Both the position numbers and the translations under genes were made by a program. The notes beneath the pieces are model-generated. The model ran no database searches, had not been told where the DNA came from, and saw only the letters and a list, made by a program, of their open reading frames with translations. From the NCBI GenBank assembly GCA_964561655.1, contig CAZLQG010000003.1, forward strand, positions 1 through 35,203: a DNA stretch of 35,203 nt. The letters run 5' to 3'. Below, piece after piece: positions 34,736 through 35,203 of the stretch. This DNA is from an uncultured Candidatus Saccharibacteria bacterium. Lineage in GTDB: Bacteria > Patescibacteriota > Doudnabacteria > UBA920. How positions within the stretch are numbered: the first letter of the stretch is position 1; each line of letters opens with the position of its first letter.

Positions 34736-35203
34736 TTACATTTTAGTTATTAGTAATAAATAAAGTATGAGAGCTGTTCCCAGCTCGGTTCGTAGTTTTT
34801 CCATTGCCCGGCAGAAGGTCATTTTACAGTTGCCTTCGCTTATCTCTAAAATTTCCGAAATTTTCTGATGCGACAATCCGTCCCAAACGCGCATTAGAAT
34901 AATATCCCTTTGCCTTTCAGGCAAAGTGTTTAAATACTTTTTAACTTTTTCCAGTTGCGCTTTGGCGTCTATTTCTGCCTCAATATTTTGCTTAAAAGAA
35001 ATCTCGTATCCGGCTTCTATGTCATCAGTGGGCTTGTTTGTCCGGTAATAATCAATCACTGAATTTCTGGCTATGCGGTAAAGCCAGGTGGAGAAGCTTG
35101 CTTTACCGGCATTGAAGCTGTTGATTTTTTCCAGAGCTTTGGTAAAAATCAGGCTGCTTAAATCTTCTGCCGTTTCCTTGTGCTGAATACGGTAATAGAC
35201 AAA
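34736..35203 (-). CDS. ECF sigma factor (5' end outside the window)
   Basis: Frame open to the window edge: FVYYR..AEDL..F.KA..FSTWLYRIARN.VIDYYR (region 2) and LPERQRDII..GLSHQKISEIL (region 4). Confidence 0.93.
   Translation of the reverse strand, partial: FVYYRIQHKETAEDLSSLIFTKALEKINSFNAGKASFSTWLYRIARNSVIDYYRTNKPTDDIEAGYEISFKQNIEAEIDAKAQLEKVKKYLNTLPERQRDIILMRVWDGLSHQKISEILEISEGNCKMTFCRAMEKLRTELGTALILYLLLITKM

Noticed and set aside
1-35203. TGA recoding (genetic code 25 or 4)
   Set aside because: Conserved genes end at TGA at expected lengths and are intact under code 11

Overview
Chromosomal segment of a bacterium that looks like Patescibacteria/CPR (inferred from the Lys-rich RpoD N-terminus, the general lack of Shine-Dalgarno motifs and the intergenic palindrome families; TGA is used as a stop). 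It starts with the 3' end of 23S rRNA, which carries an extra hairpin, and a 5S rRNA; a promoter and a small hydrophobic ORF lie between them. A long + strand cluster follows: TrmB-like regulator, glmS, a three-gene ATP-dependent citrate-cleaving system, tdh/kbl, yvcK/glmR, a GNA1-like acetyltransferase and a GlmU with only the uridylyltransferase domain. Together these look like an acetyl-CoA supply plus eukaryote-style UDP-GlcNAc pathway. Next are two GC-rich, SD-led, hairpin-flanked units (alaC-like and a 67-aa ORF), and a ribbon-helix-helix/degenerate nucleotidyltransferase fusion with a recurring TATGATATCATA-type candidate operator. Then come gap, an IMPase/FBPase, EndoQ, a histidine phosphatase, pyk, ppsA, tRNA-Ser(GGA), an HD hydrolase, dnaG-rpoD, a candidate ncRNA, an agmatinase/SMR/DHS polyamine module, pyrD, and an ECF sigma with a beta-propeller partner. 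Several families of small palindromic and heptamer repeats are scattered throughout, including inside genes and rRNA. All calls come from reading motifs by eye; no database search was run.
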